DNA of 64,000 nucleotides from a bacterium (GCA_016699595.1 CP064982.1:643118-707117), one strand, 5' to 3'. Shown: positions 50,289-59,779, counted from the first letter of the stretch. Notes: generated by a model not told the origin, from the letters alone. Numbers and translations: made by a program.

Positions 50289-50972
50289 CTATATTTCAGA
50301 AAGTGACTTAATCACATTATATTCTGTATCTACTTCTTCTATATAACTTGAATATTGCCCCTTTGGTCTTTGTAGCAAGTAGTAATTTACTGTCACTTCA
50401 CCTGTTGACATTGTCTTTTTGATTTCATCCAAATTCAATTTCCTATCATCAATCAGTGTAAGTTCACTTATGTCTAAGTCTTTTGCAATCTGAACTATCG
50501 CTTGTCCTTTTGGAATTTTTGTATAATAAGCGCCTTTAAAGTATTTAGACAAACCTGTGGATACTAGTTTTTGCAGCTGGAAATCTTCTGCTCCTAAAGA
50601 AAATACAAACAAATTTTCATCTTTATTTCTACTCAAAAAATCTTCTACATCATAGTAGATATACTTGCTGTAATTATCCCAAACAGAATCAAAAATCTCT
50701 CGAAGCTTCACCTCTTCAAGGTTTATAGTTTCAGAAAGCTCCTTTACGAAATCTTTTTCCATAAAAACATGGATATCATTTTTGTGTTTCAAATAAAGCC
50801 TATCCCAAAGTTCTTTTGTAAGCCCAAATACCTCAAGCATTCTAAGGAGCTCAAACTTTGCTGTTCCGAAGTTCGCTATGGTATAATCAAAGTCAATGAA
50901 ACAATATTTACCTTCCTTTCGTATTTCTTCAAGTTTAATGTACTTGTAATTTGTTTGATCTTGTATTTGCAT
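50289..50972 (-). CDS. HAD-like hydrolase, hypothetical
   Basis: Motif I CFIDFDYTIAN (DxDxT). Confidence 0.45.
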   Translation of the reverse strand: MQIQDQTNYKYIKLEEIRKEGKYCFIDFDYTIANFGTAKFELLRMLEVFGLTKELWDRLYLKHKNDIHVFMEKDFVKELSETINLEEVKLREIFDSVWDNYSKYIYYDVEDFLSRNKDENLFVFSLGAEDFQLQKLVSTGLSKYFKGAYYTKIPKGQAIVQIAKDLDISELTLIDDRKLNLDEIKKTMSTGEVTVNYYLLQRPKGQYSSYIEEVDTEYNVIKSLSEI

Positions 50973-51036
50973 ACATATATTCTAACAAAATTTTTCAAAT
51001 TAAATAAGAAGATTTATTAACCAAAAAACTTTAGGC

Positions 51037-51795
51037 ATGACAAAGAGTGGAGTTAAACAAATTTTGCAAATTGGAGATCCATTATTATCCAAAGTATCTC
51101 ATGAGGTCAACTTTCCACTACGTACAGATTTAGAAAAAGTTATTAATTACCTTTTTGCTACTTTGCAATCTGTAGGAGATCTAGGTGTTGGCCTCTCTGC
51201 TGTCCAAATTGGATATTTGCATAGGATATGTATAGTGAAAAGGCTTGATTGGGAAGAACAAATTGAGACTTTGTTCCATGTGAATACAAAAGGGGATCTC
51301 GTGTCCATTCTTGATCTTGATAACGGTGACTTTGTTCAAAAATTACAAGGAAGCATGAAAAATGTTGATTTTGAGGAGCTTATGGGTCTTTTATCTTCTG
51401 AAAGGCTACATACAAAACAAATTCAATTTATCAAAGACTTGCTTGCTCCATATCTCCTTGAAGTTCTAATCAACCCAATTGTTCTTGCTAGTTCTGAAGA
51501 AGAATCAATAGTTTGGGAAGGCTGTTTATCTGTTGGAGTGGGTGATTCTGCACTATATGCACCAGTCAGTAGGGCAAATGAAATCACAGTAGAATACCAA
51601 AACATACTTGGACAAAAAAAAACTTTTACAGTAGAAAACTGGATGTCACATCTTATCTTGCACGAAATAGACCATATGAATGGTTTACTTTTTTTATCAA
51701 AAGTAGAAAATATTGAAGATATTCACAAGTCAAAAGAACTTGACGACTTTTTCTATACACACAAAAGGTATCCCAGAGTAGATGAGTCTTTTTGA
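51037..51795 (+). CDS. def: peptide deformylase (with insertions)
   Basis: GVGLSAVQIGYLHRICIV (motif I), EGCLSVG (motif II), HLILHEIDHMNGLLF (motif III, HExxH). Confidence 0.8.
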   Translation: MTKSGVKQILQIGDPLLSKVSHEVNFPLRTDLEKVINYLFATLQSVGDLGVGLSAVQIGYLHRICIVKRLDWEEQIETLFHVNTKGDLVSILDLDNGDFVQKLQGSMKNVDFEELMGLLSSERLHTKQIQFIKDLLAPYLLEVLINPIVLASSEEESIVWEGCLSVGVGDSALYAPVSRANEITVEYQNILGQKKTFTVENWMSHLILHEIDHMNGLLFLSKVENIEDIHKSKELDDFFYTHKRYPRVDESF

Positions 51796-51810
51796 CTAAG
51801 ATTTGATAAA

Positions 51811-52101
51811 TTACAAACCAAGTTCCTTAATTACTTTGGAATGTAACTTTGAGTCAGTTTTCTTAAGATATTCTATCAACCTTCTTCTTTGACCAACCAT
51901 CTTCAAAAGACCTCTTCTAGATGAATTGTCCTTTTTATGGACCTTTAAATGCTCTGCTAGGCTAGAGATCTTTTCGGAAAGTTTAACGATTTGGACTGAA
52001 GGGGATCCAGTATCAGTCTCATGTAGTCTAATTTTTTCAATAACTGACATGGTATCCTTTTGAGTTGTACTTTTTGTTGTTTTCATGAAATTATACGCCA
52101 A
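51811..52101 (-). CDS. rpsO: 30S ribosomal protein S15
   Basis: [55 protein letters not shown] is a near-canonical S15. The true start is probably an internal Met (MKTTKS). Confidence 0.9.
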   Translation of the reverse strand: MAYNFMKTTKSTTQKDTMSVIEKIRLHETDTGSPSVQIVKLSEKISSLAEHLKVHKKDNSSRRGLLKMVGQRRRLIEYLKKTDSKLHSKVIKELGL

Positions 52102-52180
52102 TCAAGCAGAAGGCAGATAAACATCCACTTGAAGGTAAAAATATTTAGTAGATTATACCAGAGATTTCTAATTTTTCAAT

Positions 52181-52609
52181 TTATTCTTGACAGGCAGTAT
52201 TTAATGGAAGTTCGTCAGCCATCCAAGAAAGATATCCAAAGGCTTCTCCCAAGGTTAGTTCTGGTTTATTGTTTTGTGCTGTTGAACATGCACTTGCTAC
52301 ATCATAAACTCGTCCTCTGCATTCATTCTTCCAGTAAAATTTTCCTTCTTCGCTTAAGACATTATTCCAGCAAACTGCTTTGTAGTCTGTTTCAAGAATT
52401 TCAGATTCATTTTCTTTTTCTGAATTTGCATAATATGATGACTTTTTCGAATTATATGCATCCATAACTTTTTGAATATTATCATCTACCTTCGCTGATG
52501 TCCTGTTATCAAGACTTGGACCTAGTAAGTTATAAAGTATCAATCCAGTAAGTATTGTTATGGTGACAAGTAACACAAAGGCTATTGATTTATTTAGTGA
52601 GTTTTTCAT
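52181..52609 (-). CDS. N-terminally anchored or secreted small Cys-containing protein (142 aa)
   Basis: Signal/anchor IAFVLLVTITILTGLILYNLL, with four Cys in the exported domain. Last gene of the co-oriented small-membrane-protein array. Confidence 0.45.
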   Translation of the reverse strand: MKNSLNKSIAFVLLVTITILTGLILYNLLGPSLDNRTSAKVDDNIQKVMDAYNSKKSSYYANSEKENESEILETDYKAVCWNNVLSEEGKFYWKNECRGRVYDVASACSTAQNNKPELTLGEAFGYLSWMADELPLNTACQE

Positions 52610-52631
52610 ATTTTAATATAAAATAAAATTA

Positions 52632-53006
52632 TTAATTACAAATTGTAGGAAAAATGAAATCAAACTTGATCTGTTTTCCATTTACTATACTAGTATTTTT
52701 GTCAAAACAGTTTGCTGGATCTTTGATACCTACAATAATTGCAAATGTGCTTACTATAAGCCAAGCAAAAAAAGTTACAATTATCCTAATAATTGGTGCA
52801 AACAAAGTTCCTCTAAGTAATTCTGAATAATTCTTCACAGAATCAGTATTCACAAGATACTGAATAACTCTCAAAGAAATCTGAACCGTTGACAAAAAGA
52901 TCGACAGCGTCATCATTGCACCTATTGCATACTTGATGACTGTTTGTATTTCTGACAAAGCTGGAAACATATGTAGAAGTGTAAAACAAAAAAAAAAAGA
53001 AGTCAA
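52632..53006 (-). CDS. small membrane protein (124 aa), TM-loop-TM hairpin plus Cys-containing tail
   Basis: AIGAMMTLSIFLSTVQISL - loop - APIIRIIVTFFAWLIVSTFAIIVGI, then ..CFDK..PTICN. Confidence 0.45.
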   Translation of the reverse strand: MTSFFFCFTLLHMFPALSEIQTVIKYAIGAMMTLSIFLSTVQISLRVIQYLVNTDSVKNYSELLRGTLFAPIIRIIVTFFAWLIVSTFAIIVGIKDPANCFDKNTSIVNGKQIKFDFIFPTICN

Positions 53007-53049
53007 TCTAAATTGATTGACTTCTTAAAAAGAATTGATTTATCTCAGC

Positions 53050-53556
53050 TTAAATATTACATTCACCGTCACCTCCAAGTAAACAATTTACAAAATCATT
53101 TACATTTTGGTTCTCACCTAAATCTGCGTTTTGTATATTCATTGCATAAAGTGCCACTGCACCTACAAGAACAAATCCAAATAACAAACCTGCCATTGTT
53201 GCAAAATTCTTTGTTCTCTTTATTGCTGCTTCTTTGCTTTTTTCATCGTCAGATTTTCTCATGTTTGACAATATACCCAAAACTGTCAAAACAACTGCTA
53301 CTGCAAACATTATGACGATTACCCATGTTGCAACTGTCTTTCCTACATTGAAAGTGGTTTCCACTGCACCACCTGGATTTGTAACAATCGTTTCACCTAA
53401 TTTATTTGAACACATACTTTCTAAAATAGGAATCCCTTGAAACAAACATGATTGTGCTTGAGTTGACTCAGCAAAAACTGTAGGTACCGAAAGAGAAAAT
53501 AAAGCCATGACAAAGGTCACAACCATCATTACTTTTGTTGAAATACTTTTATACAT
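53050..53556 (-). CDS. small membrane protein (168 aa): signal peptide, Cys-containing ectodomain, TM-loop-TM hairpin
   Basis: Signal MMVVTFVMALFSLSVPTVFA. Hairpin TWVIVIMFAVAVVLTVLGIL-SNMRKSDDEKSKEAAIKRTKN-FATMAGLLFGFVLVGAVALYA. Paralogous to the 202-aa protein (loop motif R.SD.EKS.E.A.K). Confidence 0.5.
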   Translation of the reverse strand: MYKSISTKVMMVVTFVMALFSLSVPTVFAESTQAQSCLFQGIPILESMCSNKLGETIVTNPGGAVETTFNVGKTVATWVIVIMFAVAVVLTVLGILSNMRKSDDEKSKEAAIKRTKNFATMAGLLFGFVLVGAVALYAMNIQNADLGENQNVNDFVNCLLGGDGECNI

Positions 53557-53617
53557 ATATTTTTGTCCTAGAAATCAGTTTTGATTCTAGCAATTTTTCA
53601 TTTAATAATTTTGTTAT

Positions 53618-54226
53618 TTATTTACAAACTGTTTCATTGCAAGCATCCAAACAGCCTTGGTATTCTACTTGTGCTGCTGGAGTTCCTGCTAGTGATCCAG
53701 TCAAAATCTTTGCACATTCGTTTTGACAACGTTCACACATTGTATATCCTCCACCACCTTCACACCCAGCCGGCAATGTTTCGTTCCTTCGAATATAATA
53801 TATGGCCATATTACCATTGTCACAAACTTGAAATGCATTTACTTTCATTCCTTTACCAATTGTAGCATAAATTGCTAAATTCATCAATGGAATAAATAAT
53901 ACTATAAGTAATATCATAGTTACAAGTGATTTTACAACTTTTTTTGCCTTTTCTGGAGACTTTTCATTGTCTGACTGTCTAGCTAGATTCAATATCTTGA
54001 CAATCTTTGCAGTAAATAGAAAAAGTATAAGTCCAAGTATAATTATCTTCACAACCTCTAAACCTGCTACTATAACTAAACTACTTGCATCGTTTGAAAG
54101 CAAGCTATACCCCGGCAACATTTTCGAGAGCAAGGTTGTGGCCTTAGCATCTCCAAATATTTGAGTAACCAAGTCAGTTGTTGAAGCTAATGCTAGGAGT
54201 TTATTAAAAATATTTATCGGTGCCAT
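53618..54226 (-). CDS. small membrane protein (202 aa): TM-loop-TM hairpin plus a C-terminal 9-Cys domain
   Basis: VIVAGLEVVKIIILGLILFLFTAKIV-KILNLARQSDNEKSPEKAKKVVKS-LVTMILLIVLFIPLMNLAIYA, then ..VCDNG..GCEGGGGYTMCERCQNECAKIL..GCLDACNETVCK. Confidence 0.5.
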   Translation of the reverse strand: MAPINIFNKLLALASTTDLVTQIFGDAKATTLLSKMLPGYSLLSNDASSLVIVAGLEVVKIIILGLILFLFTAKIVKILNLARQSDNEKSPEKAKKVVKSLVTMILLIVLFIPLMNLAIYATIGKGMKVNAFQVCDNGNMAIYYIRRNETLPAGCEGGGGYTMCERCQNECAKILTGSLAGTPAAQVEYQGCLDACNETVCK

Positions 54227-54255
54227 TTTATTTTCTGTTATTTAATGTGAATTGA

Positions 54256-54861
54256 TCAAAGTCTAAATCCAACTTGCCAAAAGTAACCTAAATCTGCTAA
54301 CTTGGTAAAGACAGATGCAACAATTACAAAAATTCCCAACCCAAGTAATACTGAAATCTTGTACTTGCTACTCTTCATAAAGTTTTCCATACCCTTCTCT
54401 TCATCAAATCCAACTATAAATATATCATAAAATACCTTCAAAATCAGAATAACTATTATTGCCGAAACTACTATAAAAGCTATATCTGCAAATATTCTTC
54501 GTACTGTGAAGTTAAATGCTTCGTTACCTGCTTCATAACTTCCTGTTGCACTGTTGCATTGAAACCTAGTACAGGCGACATCATACTTAATCCTCCAAAA
54601 ATCATTGTAAAAGCTATCAAACCCAGTAAATAGTATATTATTTTTCAAATTAATTTGTGTTTGTATGTTATTTGAGTCTGAGTTCAGACATTCCGCCCAA
54701 GATATATATGAACCATCGTCTTTCAAACATGTCCCTTTATCAACTGCGTTTAAATTGCTAGAAAAAACTACAAACGCAAAAATTGTAATTGCTAAGAATA
54801 AAAATGCCTTTGTTGGTTTGAATAAGTAAAATTTTATATCAAGAAGATTCTTCATTTTCAT
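54256..54861 (-). CDS. small membrane protein (201 aa): signal peptide, 4-Cys ectodomain, TM-loop-TM hairpin
   Basis: Signal AFLFLAITIFAFVVFSSNLNA. Ectodomain ..GTCLKDDGSYISWAECLN..VACTRFQCN. Hairpin IAFIVVSAIIVILILKVFYDIFIV-GFDEEKGMENFMKSSKYK-ISVLLGLGIFVIVASVF. Confidence 0.5.
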   Translation of the reverse strand: MKMKNLLDIKFYLFKPTKAFLFLAITIFAFVVFSSNLNAVDKGTCLKDDGSYISWAECLNSDSNNIQTQINLKNNILFTGFDSFYNDFWRIKYDVACTRFQCNSATGSYEAGNEAFNFTVRRIFADIAFIVVSAIIVILILKVFYDIFIVGFDEEKGMENFMKSSKYKISVLLGLGIFVIVASVFTKLADLGYFWQVGFRL

Positions 54862-55226
54862 TATGTAATCAAATTTGCAGGAACACCTAAGACTGCAAGA
54901 ACCAACGCTATCAAAACACTACCAAATAACGCTACTCCTAATAATATTATTTTGAATCCTATTGTCGAATAGAACTTTTTTCTAGATTCTGGACTATAAT
55001 TCGATGATAACAGTCCAAAACCAGCAGTTAAAATTATACTTACAAATGTAAATATGACTACCATTGGCAATATCAATGACGAAAACCTGTCTATCAATTG
55101 AGGAATACTATCAATCGCTAATGGATTTTTGACTTCAAGACTTGCTGCCACCAATCCTTTTTGAAAGAATACAAACAACAATAAAGTAGTAGTTGATATT
55201 TTTAATTGTTCAATGACTTTGTACAT
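54861..55226 (-). CDS. small membrane protein (121 aa): signal-like segment plus TM-loop-TM hairpin, no Cys
   Basis: TTLLLFVFFQKGLVAAS; then LILPMVVIFTFVSIILTAGFGLL-SSNYSPESRKKFYST-IGFKIILLGVALFGSVLIALVLAVLGV. A VirB2/TrbC-like topology. Start overlaps the stop of the next gene. Confidence 0.5.
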   Translation of the reverse strand: MYKVIEQLKISTTTLLLFVFFQKGLVAASLEVKNPLAIDSIPQLIDRFSSLILPMVVIFTFVSIILTAGFGLLSSNYSPESRKKFYSTIGFKIILLGVALFGSVLIALVLAVLGVPANLIT

Positions 55227-55246
55227 ATTAGATTAACTTAATACTT

Positions 55247-56380
55247 TTAATCAATTCTCATCGTCATTATCAAATGAAGATAGTTATCTTCCCCATAAAA
55301 TAGTGCTGGAGAATTGGCATTTTTTGTTTGGAATATTATATCATCTTTTGAAAAACATCTCAAAGCATCTTGCAAGTACTTTAGATTGAATGCAATATCT
55401 AGTTCCTCTTGTCCTTGGTTTTCAACGATCATTGTTGTTTCAATTTTACCTTTCTCAATATCTGTTGAAAAAATTTTTAAATTCTTTCCTCTTAGTGAGA
55501 GTATAGTTTTATAACCAAGTAGATTTCTTGACACATTATTTACAATTTTCAAATTCATCAACATCTCATCTCTATTGAAAATAAATTTGTAACTTTCTTC
55601 TGTTGGAATTAAACTTTTGTAATCTGGGAAATTTGCATCAATTATTCTTGCAAAACAAGATATCTCATTCTTTTCAACAATTCTAAACTCAACTTGACTT
55701 AAATTTCCTTCTTTATCATCTATTGGGTATAGTTTTACTTGGTCAAAATCAAAATCAAGTAACGATTGAAATATTGATGCGTTTAATATAAATGGCTTTT
55801 TCAATTTTGACATTGTAGAAACTTCTAATTTGGCTAATCTAAAACCATCTACTGAAACAAGATGCACATTTTCTTTATTATCACTATTTAGAAAATCAAA
55901 GTAAATGCCCTCTAGTGCTGGTCTTGAAGGATCTTGTGATATTGAACTCAATAGTTTATCAACAATATTTTGAACTTCTTGCCTACTTAGTGTCATAAAG
56001 TTATCTTGGAAACTTTTGTCAAAGCTTGGAAATTCGTTTGACTCAGAAATACTAAAGTCTCCACTTGCAAAGTTTGTTTTCATCTCTAATTTATTTTTGC
56101 CAAAGTTCAACTCAACATCAACTTCTGGCAGTGAGCTTAGAAAACCTAGAAAATCTTTTGTTCCAATTGCAAAACTATCAAAACTTTCTAAGTTATCAAT
56201 TTCTGAAAAAGTATAAATAATTGATTTTTCAAGATCTGTTGCTTTTATTTGCAATTTACTTTCTTCAAATGAAAAAATGAGTTTTCCAAGTGAAGAGTCT
56301 ATCATCTTTGTAGATGAGAACTTTGAGATAGATACTAGTATCTTGGTTAATTTTGATGATGAAAATTTGAGTTTAGACAC
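55247..56380 (-). CDS. dnaN: DNA polymerase III beta sliding clamp
   Basis: N-terminus ..SKLQIKATDLEKSIIYTF and C-terminus YLQDALRCFSKDDIIFQTKNANSPALFYGEDNYLHLIMTMRID fit the DnaN pattern (YLlDaL...MPmRl). 377 aa. Confidence 0.8.
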   Translation of the reverse strand: MSKLKFSSSKLTKILVSISKFSSTKMIDSSLGKLIFSFEESKLQIKATDLEKSIIYTFSEIDNLESFDSFAIGTKDFLGFLSSLPEVDVELNFGKNKLEMKTNFASGDFSISESNEFPSFDKSFQDNFMTLSRQEVQNIVDKLLSSISQDPSRPALEGIYFDFLNSDNKENVHLVSVDGFRLAKLEVSTMSKLKKPFILNASIFQSLLDFDFDQVKLYPIDDKEGNLSQVEFRIVEKNEISCFARIIDANFPDYKSLIPTEESYKFIFNRDEMLMNLKIVNNVSRNLLGYKTILSLRGKNLKIFSTDIEKGKIETTMIVENQGQEELDIAFNLKYLQDALRCFSKDDIIFQTKNANSPALFYGEDNYLHLIMTMRID

Positions 56381-56760
56381 TTTGATTTGTTAAATTAATA
56401 TAATGTAAATTAATTAAATAAGATAAGTATTTTTATTAGAGACTGTATATATGTGCATAAGTCAATAATTATGAAACAGTAAATTACTTTGACCTATTTT
56501 AACATCTACATTTCTCAAAAACAAAAGTTATAGAAAAGTTTGTAGACAAAAGTTTATTATTAGTATATCTAGATTTTGTTAAGTATATATAAGGTAGTTT
56601 TCAAAGAATAAGAAGTTTATATGTCAATTACATTGTGGATGTAATTTTAAGTTGGTGTATAAAAGCTAAGAAAGTTAATTATGAAATAATATTCAAAAAG
56701 AGAAAGAAAGGAAAGTAAACATAAACTTTTATAAAGAAGAAATTTCACAATAAAGAAATT

Positions 56761-57198
56761 CTATAATTTCTTAGGATCAAATTGTTCAAAGCCAAAGTCC
56801 TTTGGTTGAAAAGTTAACAAGATTAAGTCATCAACAGATAAAACCTGACTTTTACTTTCCAAGTTATTCTGAACAATTGGTGGAATAGAAACATTATTAG
56901 TCAACCCATTAGCAAAATCAGACTCTAAAGAAACGGATGTACTTGAACTACCAGCTTGACCACTGTCAATGTTACCCATAGATATTAAATTATCAACTGA
57001 GAAATCTACTTGGGTAAGTTCAAAATCAAACTTCTCTTTGTCATTTTTTGCCCAAAAAACTTTGTGATTTAGGTCAACGAGGTCTTGTGTCAACTTAATC
57101 ATACTTTTAGTAATTTGAGTTTTCGTATTTACAAAAATATTCATATTAGATAAATTAAATATTGTAACTGAAAGGTTTGTTAATCTCTCCTCCACCAA
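56761..57198 (-). CDS. hypothetical protein (145 aa)
   Basis: ORF overlapping the upstream secreted-protein gene by 19 nt. No recognisable motif. Confidence 0.3.
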   Translation of the reverse strand: MVEERLTNLSVTIFNLSNMNIFVNTKTQITKSMIKLTQDLVDLNHKVFWAKNDKEKFDFELTQVDFSVDNLISMGNIDSGQAGSSSTSVSLESDFANGLTNNVSIPPIVQNNLESKSQVLSVDDLILLTFQPKDFGFEQFDPKKL

Positions 57199-57899
57199 AG
57201 TGCAAACTTTTTGAATAGAAAGATAAACAAAAAAATCAAAATTATGAACCCAAAGAACTTCAAACCGAATTTAATTCTTTCCCAAGTTTGATAATTTTTC
57301 TTAAATTCATCACTTTGAGGTGTAACTTGCAAATCCTTGTCAAAGTTAATAGTAATTGAAGTTACATCTGTTAAAGTCAAATCATTTTGCCAAGCTTGAC
57401 CATATATGTATATAGTTGTTGAACCTGACTTCTTGGGATATACATATAGTACAAAAGATTTTTTATCACCAATCTTCAATTTACCAACAACATTATTTGG
57501 AATAGACAATTCAACACTACTTTTATCGGGAGAAATGATATAGCTCAATTCAAACCTGTCAGTATCAATGAAAGATTCAATATTTAGTTCAATAGGTACT
57601 TTCAAAGAAAAAATATCTTGAATTCCTGGTTTTATTTTTAGAGAAAAACTATTTCCAGTACTATCTTTGATTACAAAATTTCCCTGGTTAATACTTGTTG
57701 AACTTGAATTCATCAATGGGTCTTCAGTTACTGAACTCGCTGAAACAATTGAACTATTAGTTGTAGAGACAAGCTCTTCTGCCGAGGTTTGTGAAGTAAG
57801 ACCCCATGCAGGCGTTACAAACAAACAGAACAACAATGTTGTTAGAAATATATATTTTTTCATATTAACTATATCATATAAAGGTAAAACAAACGTCAT
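57180..57899 (-). CDS. secreted protein with a C-terminal TM anchor (239 aa), hypothetical
   Basis: Signal peptide MKKYIFLTTLLFCLFVTPAWG (internal start likely). C-terminal FFGFIILIFLFIFLF plus KKFALWWRRD. Confidence 0.45.
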   Translation of the reverse strand: MTFVLPLYDIVNMKKYIFLTTLLFCLFVTPAWGLTSQTSAEELVSTTNSSIVSASSVTEDPLMNSSSTSINQGNFVIKDSTGNSFSLKIKPGIQDIFSLKVPIELNIESFIDTDRFELSYIISPDKSSVELSIPNNVVGKLKIGDKKSFVLYVYPKKSGSTTIYIYGQAWQNDLTLTDVTSITINFDKDLQVTPQSDEFKKNYQTWERIKFGLKFFGFIILIFLFIFLFKKFALWWRRD

Positions 57900-58164
57900 G
57901 TAAACTTTAAATTTACTTGAAGCAGTAATGCTTGTATTCTAAAAATTTAGAATTATAATTCTAGCTAAAATATTTACAAACAGATTATTTATAGATTATA
58001 AATAGCTATACATTTATACACTAAATGCAAAAAGTAATAAACTTGAAAATATATAAATTAAAAAAACGAAACAAAAATTGTTTACTTGCATTATTTTATA
58101 AAAATTGATAACCTACATCAATAAATTTAAATTAACCAATAGTTTTGTGATTGACTAAACAATA

Positions 58165-58509
58165 TTGGTAAAGAAATTAGTAATGCCCTTAATTGCTCAA
58201 AATCAAACAACGATCGATGTTGTAGCTAGACCTACCTTTGCTCAGAATTACTTTACTTCAAGTACGAAAACTTCAACCTTGACTTCTCAAAATGTACAAA
58301 CATCTTCAGTATCGAGTAAATCAAGTACTCAAGTAAGTTTATCTAGTATGTCAAGTCAAAGCGGACTTCCAAATAGTGCAATTGAATCAAGGTTTGTTTC
58401 AACAACTATTATAATTGTTTCAACAATTGTCATTCTACTATCAATATTTTTAAACTTCTTTAAGTACAAAAACTTACAAATTTTTGAAAAAACTATTTCA
58501 AAAGATTGA
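58165..58509 (+). CDS. small Ser/Thr-rich protein with a C-terminal LPNSA + TM + KYK anchor module; no clear signal peptide
   Basis: ..SSMSSQSGLPNSAIESRFVSTTIIIVSTIVILLSIFLNFFKYKN. The same LPNSAI motif appears in the 743-aa surface protein. Start codon is TTG, with a TAA two codons upstream. Confidence 0.4.
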   Translation: MVKKLVMPLIAQNQTTIDVVARPTFAQNYFTSSTKTSTLTSQNVQTSSVSSKSSTQVSLSSMSSQSGLPNSAIESRFVSTTIIIVSTIVILLSIFLNFFKYKNLQIFEKTISKD

Positions 58510-58539
58510 GATTGAAATTAAGGTTGAGCTCAGTTAAGT

Positions 58540-59652
58540 ATGTACCAAAAATTTACTTTCCAATCTACTAGTATGAATACCCAAGTAAAAGTTATTGCTT
58601 GGACAGACAAAGACGAACTTACTGTGAAAGATTACTTTAGCAAAGCAATCCAAGAAATTCAAAGGATAGAAAAACTCTATACTAGATTTCAAAAAGATTC
58701 ATACTTATCAAGCTTCAATAACAGGAAATTTACAGTAGTCACAAAAGAATTTTTTCAAATAGCACTGTTTTTGTTTTTTTTCGCCAGCAAGTCAGAGGAT
58801 TACTTTGATCCAACAATTATAGATTTCTTGGAAGCCTATGGATATGGCCCTGGATATCATTTTGAGAAGCTGAATAATGAAATTGAACTGAAAAAAAGTA
58901 TAGAAAAACTGAAAGCAAGTAGGCCAAGTATAAAAGATACGAAATTTAAAGTAATCCAAAATGGTATAGAGAAGTTCAAGTTTTCAATAGATGAATTTCA
59001 AGGTCAAGTGAAAAATGATCTCAAAAACCTTTTAGATTATGAGTTTAAAAGTTTAATTGATTTTGTAGATAAAGTATCAAACGATGAAGTTCAAAAGAAA
59101 ATTGAAGCAGATCAATTTAGTACAAAAACTTTTAGGAAAAAATTGCTAGGTCCAAATGACCAACACAACTTGCAGTTTGAAATAATACTTGCGCAAGACC
59201 AAAGGATTGAATTTGGAGGTTGTGGCAAGGGATATGCAATAGATAGGATGTATCATATACTTGAACCACTTGAAAACTTTGTGATAGATATAGGAGGTGA
59301 TATAAGGTGCTGTGGACAGATTGAAGAAAGAAATTGGACGACATCTATATATGGAACTTCAGATGCAATTGCAATGTTATCAGGGGATGTAGTTTGCGTA
59401 TCAGGTAAAGCTGCTAGGCAAGTAGGAAATTTCCATCACTTACTAAATCCCAAAGATGCAAACCCTACAGGAAGTTTTGATCAAATTTTGGTTTATGCAT
59501 CTTATAAAGATACTTGTAACCTCAGCCTTTTGACTACATTTGCTGATGCATATTCAACATTATCTTATGTATCACCAATAGAGAAAAACATGTTTTATGA
59601 AGTAGAAAACAAAGGTGTGTATAAAAAGTATATTAACACTTATTTAAATTGA
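58540..59652 (+). CDS. apbE: ApbE-family FAD:protein FMN transferase (with insertions)
   Basis: GGCGKGYAIDRMYHIL..NFVIDIGGDIRCCG matches the ApbE core (GiaKGyavD..LvnlGGDi..G). The N-terminal region reads ..YTRFQKDSYLSSFN. Confidence 0.65.
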   Translation: MYQKFTFQSTSMNTQVKVIAWTDKDELTVKDYFSKAIQEIQRIEKLYTRFQKDSYLSSFNNRKFTVVTKEFFQIALFLFFFASKSEDYFDPTIIDFLEAYGYGPGYHFEKLNNEIELKKSIEKLKASRPSIKDTKFKVIQNGIEKFKFSIDEFQGQVKNDLKNLLDYEFKSLIDFVDKVSNDEVQKKIEADQFSTKTFRKKLLGPNDQHNLQFEIILAQDQRIEFGGCGKGYAIDRMYHILEPLENFVIDIGGDIRCCGQIEERNWTTSIYGTSDAIAMLSGDVVCVSGKAARQVGNFHHLLNPKDANPTGSFDQILVYASYKDTCNLSLLTTFADAYSTLSYVSPIEKNMFYEVENKGVYKKYINTYLN

Positions 59653-59779
59653 ATTTGAAAAGTTTCCCTTTAAATAAATTATAAACACTGCTAATCCATT
59701 TTGGAAAATCCTTAAATAAGCAGTTAATAAGGTAGGTATACAAAAACAGCTCTAAGTTTGGCCCGTTCAAATTTGAAAC

